From Octopus vulgaris (lineage: Eukaryota), in the NCBI GenBank assembly GCA_951406725.2, contig OX597825.1:63550001-63614000 (forward strand): a DNA stretch of 64,000 nucleotides, written 5' to 3'. Shown one piece after another: positions 52,768 to 64,000 of the stretch (the first letter of the stretch is position 1; each line of letters begins with the position of its first letter). Below the pieces are notes generated by a model. It was given only the letters and a program-made list of their open reading frames with translations. It did no database searches and was not told the origin of the DNA. Position numbers and translations under genes: made by a program.

Positions 52768-53590
52768 TATTTAAGAAAAAATAACAAAATGAAGATAAAA
52801 GTCATAATTGATAAACATCAATTAGTATTTACTGATTATAAAACGACGATATCTCATCTTACAGCTGTTTCTGTTCGCGTTTATTTTGGACATAATCATG
52901 CTTAATTACTACAATAATAATACTTATTGTAAATATTTATACCAAATTAAATAGTGGAAATTCACCAGAGCGGAGCAATAAAGAAAAGGAAATAAAAATA
53001 TAGGGAAAAAGAGAAAATAAGGATATACCAATAAATGCTACGTACTATCCTTATGAAAATCTTTCGACCGACTGAACAAAATAAATAGTGATACAACTTG
53101 AAAAGTTATAATACTTAGTGGTACGGGTCTTTCTACGGAGGAGGAAGGCTACTGCCGGCGTAAGTTAGATATAGAATAACTGTAGGAGTATTTTTGCTAG
53201 GTCATAAGCTAAAAAGTAAAAAAGTGAAAAGACCGGGAGTTACAGAACTTAAAAATGATAACAGTTAAGAGTAATTTATTTATCGGTAATTTCCTAATTG
53301 ATAATCATAATTAAATTAAATGAGAGGCCATTCAAATTGTAAAATCATTTTCTTTCTTTCCTGTTTCTTTTTTATTTTTTCCGCTCTGATGAAGTTGCAC
53401 TATTTAAGTTGGTATAATTATCTACTATGATAATAATTATTATTATTCTAATAATTAAGCCTGAGTGAGCCCCCAATAGCACGGACAGAAACAGGTGTAA
53501 GATGAGATATTGTCTTTCTATAATCAATAAATAATAATTAATGTTTATCAGTTATCAAGTTTATCTCAATTTTCTTATTTCTTCTTATAT
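52768..53590. mobile_element. Diverged fold-back element (arms ~52768-52995 / 53350-53590) with hammerhead-like motifs
   Basis: atatctcatcttacagctgtttctgt mirrored by acagaaacaggtgtaagatgagatat; ttcaccagagcgga mirrored by tccgctctgatgaa; right arm ends next to (TA)n. Confidence 0.65.
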
Positions 53591-53612
53591 ATATATATAT
53601 TTTCTTATTTCT

Positions 53613-53674
<62 letters not shown>

Positions 53675-53676
<2 letters not shown>

Positions 53677-53835
53677 CGGTCTCTTTCAGTTTCTATCTAT
53701 CAAATCCACTCAGAAGGCTTTGGTCTCAACCCGATGCTATAGTAGAAGACACTCGCCTGAGGTGCCACGCAGTAGGACTGAATCCGGAAGCATATGGTTG
53801 GGAAGCAAGCATTTTAACACGCAGCAACACCTTAC
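53675..53835 (-). mobile_element. Degenerate 5' half of SINE family C
   Basis: ctttcagtttctatctatcaaatccactcagaaggctttgg...agtagaagacactcgcctgaggtgccacgcagtaggactgaatccggaa. Confidence 0.75.
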
Positions 53836-54395
53836 CCTATATATTTATTAAGCATGAATAACAGTTGAAAAATCACTCTTGCCGTAAACTAGAACTCTGA
53901 TTCCAAACCTTAACTTACACCACTATTCTAAAAGCATATTAACACTCACTTCACTAGATCCAGTCTTTCAAATATATGAAACGAATAGTTGACCTTATTT
54001 CAAACGTTTATACCTAACAAGAAATCAACATACTTTATACATCAATGTTTGCTCCAGCAACTGAACTAAGGCCACGCAGAATCAGCATCTTAGTAGGTTT
54101 AATCCATCAAATCGATGCCAGAACTTATACGAAGCCTAGTATCTTGCCTATCCCTCGTTTGCCTGAACGTGAAACAAAGTGGCGCAAGAAATCCCATATT
54201 GGTCATCAAGAAGCAGCCAGGAAGTACAAACACACATACACTTACACATCAAAATGTGTGTGAATGTATATATATATATTTTTTTTTACATACAAAATTT
54301 AAAGGACTGACCACTTAATATTCTAGACCACAGGTTTTAATTGATTAATATCAATTTCTACCTTTATTCAATTTTATATATATATATATATATAT

Positions 54396-54465
54396 ACGCA
54401 TATTTGCCATTTGAATATGGCTAACCCCTAAGGGTGGATGCTATATTCAAATGGCAAATATGCGT
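54396..54465. repeat. Hairpin with 23-bp perfect arms inside a ~120-bp insert in (TA)n
   Basis: acgcatatttgccatttgaatat (54396-54418) / atattcaaatggcaaatatgcgt (54443-54465). Confidence 0.88.
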
Positions 54466-54515
54466 CACGATGTGTTACCGCTACTGTTTATAACTCGCTC
54501 TGAGATTTATCATTG

Positions 54516-54590
<75 letters not shown>

Positions 54591-54747
54591 CACACAAGGG
54601 GTCTCTGATGTGCATTGGTGACACTTCGGAGAGAGCACCATTTGCTGTGACAGCCTGACTTCTGCCCTTCAGGAAATTATGCGCCGCCTATGTATAGATA
54701 AAAAATAAAGAGCGCATTGCTTTACGTGAATATTTTCAGCAGTCACA

Positions 54748-55153
54748 TTCTTTCTTTTATTCTTTTACATGTTTCAGTCATTTGACTGCAGCCATGCTGG
54801 TGCACCGCCTTTAGTCGAGCAAATCGAATTCCTGGACTTATTCTTTGTAAGCCTAGTACTTATTCTATCGATCTGTTTTGCCGAAGCGCTAAGTTACGCG
54901 GATGTGAACACACCAGCATCGGTTGTCAAGCGATGTTGGGGGAACAAACATAGACACAGAAACACATACACATACATATACACATAAATACGACGGGCTT
55001 CTCTCAGTTTCCATCAACCAAATCCACTCATAAGGCTTTGGACAGCCCGAGACTATAGTAGACGACACTAGCCCAAGGTGCTACGCAATGGGACTGAATC
55101 CGGAACAATGTTGTTGGTAAGCAAGCTACTTACCAAACAGCCACTCCTACGCC
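54748..55153 (-). mobile_element. SINE family C, full length
   Basis: Reverse complement of the 38391-38797 architecture; tail region gtttcagtcatttgactgcagccatgctggtgcaccgcc. Confidence 0.88.
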
Positions 55154-56135
55154 TATACACTTCTGGAAATATTATACATAGTACCGCAACGCACTCCTTA
55201 GTTTTCACACACACACATATGTACACGAAGCCTTTCTCAGTTGTATATTATTAATTTTCCTACGGTTATGATGTTTACTGAAAGAGAATTTCTTTCTAAT
55301 ATGAACATTTTTGTAAGTACGGGAGCAAAAACCTCGGCATTTATACTCAGCTTGCACCGTGCATCGAAGTTTGTGCGCTTAAACTCAATTTGTAGGGAAG
55401 CCAAGTGATAAAAATTACATAGATATTTATTTATCAGCAGTAGTTTTGGAAAATCTCATCTTTCTTCCGTACGATATTGTAATGTAAAAATTGAGGGACT
55501 TAAACATGTATACTGCATGCATTTATGACTATGCCAATTTCCTTGAAATATTTGATGTATCAGTTAATTACATTCTACTCGCACCTGGCACAATCAAAAA
55601 CTGAAATCTCGCTTCTATTAAATCATAATTGCTACTCGTAAAATTGCAGGGAACTTTATTTAAAATTCCCTATCTACTTGTAGAAAACAACTTTTCATTA
55701 GCACCATAAAAAGATGTGCGCATCTCAATCTTCACTTCTAGTTTTTGATGTTAATGTCTCTCTTGCTATTGTTTTCGTTAATATAACATAATTTATACAA
55801 TTTGGCGTTTTTATCACACATTTGATGATATTATATACACATACACACAAATTTATATAATTTATATATATATATATATTTATATACGTATGTATATTTA
55901 CACATATACATATATGTATACATATATACATATACATATATGTATACATATATACATATACATATGTATATTTACACATATACATATATGTATATATATA
56001 TATGTATATATATGTATGTGCAAGTGTGTATATATATAGAAACTTTATTATTTCTAAATCTCTCAACGAGTGACATACACTAACAGCACTTGAATGTAAA
56101 GATCATTTGCCTACATAATTTGACAATCCTAGTTG

Positions 56136-56306
56136 GGATGAATGTTGCTGTTGTTTTAGCCCCAGGAATCGTAGTCCACAGTGAGCTGGCTATTCGACAC
56201 ACATCTGCGTCCTTATATGCTTGAACATTTACGGACACAGATGTGTGGCGTATAGCCAGCTGGAGACGATGTTTCCTGGGGTTTAAACAACAATAGCATT
56301 CATCCA
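56136..56306. repeat. Imperfect fold-back (~75-bp arms)
   Basis: ggatgaatgttg..ttgttttagccccagga..agctggctat..cacacatctgcgtcc / ggacacagatgtgtg..atagccagct..tcctggggtttaaacaac..agcattcatcc. Confidence 0.8.
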
Positions 56307-56748
56307 ATCCGATACTGTCACATTATATTGGCGAATAATCTTCATATGTGTGTGTGTGTGTTTTGGTGTGTGTGTGTATGTATATATATATAGAGAGATA
56401 GATAGATAGATAGATAGATTCCGAGAGAGAGAGTGTATGTGTGTGTGTCTGCGTGTATGTGCTTGTTAGTACACTTATACATGGAGGGAGTTGAATTACT
56501 ATACATGCGATGAACACATTTTCCATGTATCAAATTTTGATTACAAGTGTTTGGTTGAAAAAATCTCGTGTAAAGACAGTTACTGAAAATGCCAGGTGAT
56601 AGAAACGAGTGACGTCATTTTTCCAACGTTCACTGGATGAATAGTTTAAGATAAAACATTTGTTTTTAATAAGCATATCGTCTCTGAAAACATGCAGCTC
56701 GTTTCAAAAGAAAGTTGAGTGTGAAAATCATCGATACAACGTTCTATG

Positions 56749-56868
<120 letters not shown>

Positions 56869-58842
56869 GTCTCTCTGTCTGTCCATTAGATTCGATCTCA
56901 ACACACAAATGCTACCCGTTTCACTGATACTGAATGAACGATGGGCAAAGACGGCATCAGCGGCTTTAAATTTCTAAATGAATGCTGGGAAAATGGCGCT
57001 AATAATTTTATCCGGTGTGCTGAAAACATCTACCAGGTCACAGCATTAAAATGAAGCAGCAATAACATTCTATTTGGGCGTAAGTGCAGCAATTTTTAAA
57101 GAAGAGTACATCAATAACAATATCTAAATGGTGATTTATTATATTTTTCCTATGCGGGGGCTGTCGGTTATTCTACCTTAAGCTTTCTCTTAAGTTATAT
57201 TATTTATTTAGGCTTTCCTCTGAGTAAGGGAAAATATAATGATTTATCGTCACTTATACTAAAATGTTATCATTGTATCTTTAACCCTAACTACAGTTGT
57301 AACGTCATATAGACATATACGCATGGAACGCTAACTCAACGACCATGAATGTTGAATATTTTAATAGTGTCCTTTAAACCGCTATAAGAAACATAAAGCA
57401 AAGATTACAGAAATGCATATTTATCTATGCTCAGCTGAAAAACAAACGTGAAGAGAAACATTTTCTTTTTAATTATTTATTTATATAATTATAACATTTT
57501 ATATTTATTTACAAGAAGAAAGATAACTTAGTCGTGAAGAAAAACGACTTTAAATTCCGTAACTAATTTCTTTTTCTATCTAATACGTTAACCAGCAAAT
57601 CAAAATAGATTTGTAATTAACGTAGACATGGCATAAAAATTTACCGATGTCTTCAAAAGAGTGAGTGTCGTGGAGTTGAATGACTACCGAACGAACACTA
57701 AAGTCTCTCCTCAAATCCAGGGTTTTTATAACTGCTCAACCTGATCAAAAAGAATCGAAATTCAGGACAAACATTCTTCTAGAATCCTTATACGAGCAGT
57801 TACACTAATCAATGGGAAAAGAACGAAAATGACAATTCCTAGGCAAAGACATTACGTCATATTGCCAATTCACGCCACATTTCAAAATGACTAAAATGGC
57901 TATTGCTACAATATCAATCCCGGAAGAAAAATGTCGCGCGCAATCATATTTGAAATGAATAAGATCAAATATATTGCGCGTGGCAAGTAAATATCTGTTC
58001 TATTTCTTCCCCTTTTTGTTACCTAAAAGACCAAACTTTAACCTACGGAATCCACTAATTGAAAAGCTTAAATTAATCGAGTCAAAATATTTCAACTAAA
58101 GAATTATAAATTCTGATAGTATGCGTATTGAAAGCTGTATGTTTTAAGTAAAATGTCCCTTCGAATTTGATTGATGACAATAAACGATTTCTTAGTGAGT
58201 GTTATTGTCTAACTGTGAGGAAAGAATGAAATATGTCGAAGTAGCGACGCAATTCTCTGTTGTTCCTCGACTTGATAGAAAGAGCTATCAAATACCCCTT
58301 GAATGTCGTCTGAAGTATCTTTAAATTTAGTAAGAATACATTGGAAAAGTTGTTGTCCAAGAGAGGCTTTAAAACGAGTTGATGAATGTGAAAATGCTTT
58401 CATTAACTATTATCTCCATCAAAAATCACTTACGGATACAAAACAACAGTTGCCTACATTCAATCTCTACTGACATATTGCCATTGTTTAGTAGAAGTTT
58501 GAAAAGCAGTACCTCTTGTTTCTGAACATGGGACGTTACCACATAGCTATATGTTAATAGAAAGCAATCAGAAATGCGTCCGTTACACCTCAAGTTTAAT
58601 GACATATTCTCAATATCTCCATTTTAATGGCAACATATAAACTAGATCATTGTAATTGATTCCTTACTAACTGTCCAGCTCTTTTCCATTTTCTTCCACT
58701 GCCCCTCTGTCTCACTTTCTATCTTTTTCTGTCTGTCTGTTGTCTGACTGACTGTCTGTCTGTCTCTCTCACTCTTCCTCTCTCTTTCTCTTTACCTCGG
58801 CATATATAATTATATATATACATGTTTGTATGTATATATATT

Positions 58843-58912
<70 letters not shown>

Positions 58913-59047
58913 CATACATACCTGTATACATACATACATGCAAACACTCGCGCTCATACACACATGCATATATATATATATATATATCTGGCCGCAGCTC
59001 TGAGCTGAAACAAGAAAAACGAAATACACATACACGTACATCCATAT

Positions 59048-59079
<32 letters not shown>

Positions 59080-59696
59080 GCATATATATACATAAATATA
59101 CACACAAATGTAAATATATTTTATTTGCTTCTACTCTTTCCCTCTTCTGCTCACCTATTATAAACACAATATCATAAACATTCTATTACTTGAAAGTCCA
59201 TTAAATATTCGATTTATATTACAAGATCATTCTCATAATATAAACAAATGGAGTTTATCCAGGACCTCAGTTAAAATATTTATATATCAGCTATTACTGT
59301 CTAAATATTAATATCAAAGCAAATAAACCTATAAATTGGAAATAATCCATCCCATTACATTTATTTCGTCCCAGTATCTCTGAAAATAATTTTCAGGGCG
59401 TTGTTCATATGTACACATCTATTAGCATTTATTACTACCTATAGAGTATTGTCGGGGAATCTACAGATATGCGAGTTCGTAGGATACAATATGTTGAAAT
59501 ATTTCCCCGATCATAGTTCAAATCCTTAACTCTACACGTATATATTTCGCTTTTGGATTTCATTTGCAAGATTCTTTATGTGATTTCGTGTGTTGCAACA
59601 TAATCTGTTGTGTATGGGGAGAGTCGTTTTCTTTTTGTGCCTTATAATTTAACACACTCACCGGTAAAATTTCCACTTATTTCTTATTTTATTTTC

Positions 59697-59735
59697 CTAA
59701 AAAATTTTCGTTGCGTCTTGCAACCTTTTCAATAG
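59697..59735 (-). ncRNA. Candidate minimal hammerhead ribozyme with U3:A8 core variant
   Basis: Minus strand CTA-TTGAAAA-G-GTTGC(AAGAC)GCAAC-GAAA-ATTT-TT-TAG; perfect 5-bp stem II but only a 3-bp stem I and one extra G. Confidence 0.4.
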
Positions 59736-60319
59736 TTTTGACTCTCTTCACAGTTATCTTTCCTCGTATTGGGGTAGATGTCTATTTGTAAAGACGTCAT
59801 GAAGTAAGAACAGTGCGTCTAACCTCTCTTTTCTATATAAAACAGCCTTTGGGAACCGCTTGTGTTCTCTTGCACGAAATGGAAGCGTGCCGAAGGAGGT
59901 ATTTTGTGAATATTCTTTATAGTAAAGCTGGAAGCTTTACTATAAAGCGTTTATTGGAAGCGTTCAAATAGAGGCCTGTTTACCGACGTATAGTACAAAA
60001 CAACGCAACCAAAAATATATTTACTTTTAGAAAAATGCTTTAAAATTCTTACACGCACACCCACACTTACCATAAACACTTGTTACTTTTATCTCCAATT
60101 GTTTCTAGGGCAAGTGCGTACGGAAATGATTTTTATTAAACATTGGCACAGTCATCTTTCACATAGGACACTAAATTATTCCAACTTCTGACCATACTGG
60201 ATTCACTGGACAACTATTAGTTATTGAAGATAAATTTGTATTCGTAATGGTCACTCCGAGCTAATTATTAATGTTTCATGTACGAATAATATCTGAAATT
60301 TCACAGTTTAAAATACTCA

Positions 60320-60690
60320 TTTCAAATTTTAGCACAGAGCCAGCATTTAGGGAGGAGGGAGTAAGTCGATTACATCGACCCTAGTACTCAACTGATACTT
60401 ACTTTATCTACCCCGAAACGATGAAGGGGAAATCGACCTCACCAGAATTCGAACTCAGATCGTGTTAGTGATTTTGTCTGCTCACCGCCTTACAGCTTAA
60501 GATTATTGGTTTCAGATGTCGGGAGTTGGGGCTATTCGATTACATCGTCACTAGTGTTCGACTGGTTCTTGTTTTATTAACCCCGAAGTCATGAAAGAGA
60601 AAGTCGGCTTTGTTGGAATTTGAACTCAGAACCTGCAGACTGACGAAATGCTGCTAAACATTTCATTCATCGTGCTAACGATTCTACAAG
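60320..60690 (-). mobile_element. Two tandem degenerate SINE family A copies
   Basis: gtcgattacatcgaccctagtactcaactgatact...ccccgaaacgatgaagg, and a second ttcgattacatcg...ccccgaagtcatgaaagagaaagtcgg...ggaatttgaactcagaac. Confidence 0.7.
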
Positions 60691-61882
60691 CACTGAAAGT
60701 TCTGAGATGAATATTGTGTAAATATTCTAATTTTACTAGGAAATATGGAGTGAGAGAGGTGCATTTAATTTCAGGGGCATGAAATAATTTGGGATTGTAA
60801 GAGTAGTATATTTTGTACTATTTAGCAATGAAACAGACTAAATGTTGGTGTAGCTTGACTTTAATTATCCAACGGGATAATGATAGATGTAAGACATTTT
60901 TACAAAACACATGCCTATTGTTTGACTCGTTTAAAGTTAGGAAATGCAAAATTTTATATTATATGAAACGAATGAAACAAAAATGATACCAAAGCGAACA
61001 GAGAAGAGCCAAAGAGAGGAAAGGGTAAAACCTGCCAACTTTAAGGAAGTATGAAATCTTCGAAGCGTTGAAAATCCATAACCGATGAGTGTACCTTTTC
61101 CATGCTTTGACAATTAATGCTAAGGTGCAAAGTTGATCAATGGGCATCATTCTGAAGCTTCCAAGATATGTAGATGTGCGCTAGCCTGACGGCAGTTATT
61201 TTCAGCTCTGATTTTAAAATGCCGGGCTTCTGTTTGGAGCTGGGTAGTTTATCTCGTGACCAAATAGGACCTGCTCGACCATAGAAATATGTACCGTAAG
61301 GTAGTCGCAAGCTTTCTACTTCTGAGCGCATTTGATAGCTGTAGGAAACATAGAAGTACAGACAGAAGGAAAAATATATGGGGAGAGATTTATAATGCGA
61401 AAAAAGAATTATACCCAGTGCTTGGTAGACTTTTTATCATTTACTCCCAAAATGTTTAAGGGAAAAAGCTGTCACCGGTGAGAATTGAAAGCAAAACGCA
61501 GAAAGCTAACAGATTACAATAAAACACTCTAGCCAACACTTAAAAGACACTAGCAGTTAGCCAGTGATTGGTACAATTTTGAATTAAACGCTCAGTTTAT
61601 CAAAACAGGAAATATGAGAGTGGGTCAGAAGGCCGGGTGGTGGTAAATGGTACTCGTGGATGGGAATTTGTTAGGATTTCAGAGGATATCAACAGATACT
61701 GAAACCAATATTGGGGTTTTCATGGAAATGCACCGGAAATTAACTATGTTAATGTTTTCCTTAAACAGAGGCCGGACGGAGGCGGCAAAGGAGACAAAAG
61801 CTGGAAATACAGAGGACTGATGTGTAAGAAGCGTATAAAGATGAGAGAAGAATATGGCAAATAAATGCAAGACAACAGAGTG

Positions 61883-61924
61883 GTAGTAGTAGTAGTAGTA
61901 GCAGCAGCAGCAGCAGCAGTAGTG

Positions 61925-61961
<37 letters not shown>

Positions 61962-61992
61962 CAGTAGTAGAAGTAGCAATAGAAGTAGTAGA
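61883..61992. repeat. (GTA)n/(GCA)n microsatellite
   Basis: Direct inspection. Confidence 0.9.
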
Positions 61993-62765
61993 AAAAGAAG
62001 AAGGAAAAAAGGACAGTAAGAAGAAAGCTTTAAAAAAGATAAAGTAGATGGGAACGAAAAAACGCCTCGCAAGATGCCGAATATGAAGTGTAGGTATTGA
62101 ATGATGAAGTAAATGATGACTACTTTCTTAGGGTGAAAGAAAAGAAGCGAAGAAAAGCGATGAGATTTGAGAAAGGAAAAGAGAGAGAGAGAGAGGAATC
62201 CTTTAGTTAAGAGGAAGGTAAGTGCTACTGAAATGCCATTAGCTTGTCATCAAAGTAATATTAAATCATAGAAACGAGTTATTTGCAATTGTTAAGCATT
62301 TGCTAATCACGGTTGTCGTAATTGTCTCCGACGTTGATTGTTAAACGCCGTCCATTGTAAAAGGGCAGAATGTTAATTGCAAAGCTATTTCCTCGTCTCG
62401 GCACTATTCACATTACGATACACACACACACTTCCACACACATACATACATATATATATATGTGTGTGTGTGTGTGTATGTGCCTATCTGTGTCTGCCTC
62501 TGTGCGTGTGTGCGTATGTGTTTCTGTGTGTGTATTATCGTGACATAGAATAAAACAATGCACAATCGTTTTCGAAACCTTAGGTGCATTCTTCTTCACT
62601 CTGACGTAAATTGCTAGTGACATTTTCGCTGGATTTTACTTAAGTATTTCCTATGGCAGATTAATATTGCGCCCTACTTGATGTAAGTTTATCTATGTGT
62701 TTGCAAGTAAGTATATATATATATTTATATATATATATATATATTTATTTATATATATATATATT

Positions 62766-62859
<94 letters not shown>

Positions 62860-62997
62860 TACATACACGCATACATACATCTCTGTGCGCGTTTGATGGT
62901 CAGAGTGTGTTTATGAGCCGCTAGATTAATATAGTGTATCACGTTTCTATCATTTTGCTCTGTTAGGCATATATATACACACACACACACACACAAA

Positions 62998-63029
<32 letters not shown>

Positions 63030-64000
63030 TGTATATGTGTGTGTGTGTTTGTGCGTGTGTGTATATATATACATATGTATATATGTATGTATTCATATGT
63101 ATACGTATGTAACTATATAACTACTTATATACCTACAAATATTGTGTATATGCTCGTATTTAAATCTTCTACTATGTATCTTCCATGTTTAGATTATCGT
63201 GCATTGGATGTTTAGTTATCATTAACTTAATTTCTAAATCCAACGACGTCATGATCTCAAACACATTTAAACCAAAGTTTTAGTCGCTCGCCCATTACTT
63301 TACAAACATTAAGAAGAGTAAAAAGAACTTTGCTGCTTCCTACATCTAGACTGTAATAGAAAATGCAACACTAAACCATCTTTAATGGAATAGTTTCTCA
63401 AACTAAATCTTGTGGAGCTGTAGGTCTTGCAATACTTCTTAAGAGAAAACTGCCATATCCTATTTTGTTAAATCTCCATTGCACAGAAGACCGTTGAGGA
63501 AAGAATCCAAACCTCATGTTTGGAGTCTGTATATAAATTTATTCGGCCTACCGTTTTCCAAACGCTAATAACTGCCGATAAATGCGTGCTTACACATTGT
63601 TTTTGATATTTGATTCTTTAATCCTTTAGCACATAAGAAAATCACATCCAGCCCATATATTCTACCTGTTTTGTGTTCAAATCAGTTAGATCTGGCATTT
63701 CTCGCCTACTGTACAATGAGATGCTAAAATAAACAATCACCTCTTCGAAATCTCAGTGTTCCAAAATAATGCGTCATTGATTCAAACCAATGTGAATACA
63801 CAGGCGTACATTTTACAGAGCAATCTGAATACTAAAGGTTTTAATGTTTCTTATGCTTAACTCAGATCACATACGCCGTTGGTGACGTCTATGAATATAT
63901 CAATAACCTATCATTGTTGTTTTAAATTTTCTTCATTAGGTTTTCTTGCCTGAGTTGTCTCGCCCATGTTTCATTGAAATGTAGTATTGTGTTGTTTTAT

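Overview
AT-rich, microsatellite-dense metazoan DNA. The repeat families suggest an octopus (coleoid cephalopod) intergenic or intronic region; that assignment is an inference. No host protein-coding gene could be supported, and most ORF-track entries are microsatellite artefacts. The main feature is a young Penelope-like retroelement (PLE) at 23088-26193, probably Neptune-type. It has an uninterrupted but 5'-truncated RT + Cys-linker + GIY-YIG frame between two apparently perfect 765-bp inverted pseudo-LTRs (pLTRs). Each pLTR carries a CCAAT/TATA-like promoter module and a minimal type-I hammerhead ribozyme (HHR) with a variant core and a palindromic GTAC at stem III. Several other non-coding fold-back elements occur, mostly in or beside (TA)n tracts, and some contain degenerate hammerhead-like motifs. 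Together they suggest a population of non-autonomous, ribozyme-bearing PLE derivatives. Also present: a decayed L1/Tx1-type LINE, R4/Dong-type REL-endonuclease fragments in (TAA)n, CR1/L2-group LINE 3' ends sharing their tail with a SINE family, four tRNA-derived SINE families (several with TSDs), a hAT MITE, Tc1/mariner remnants and a probable Helitron-like element.
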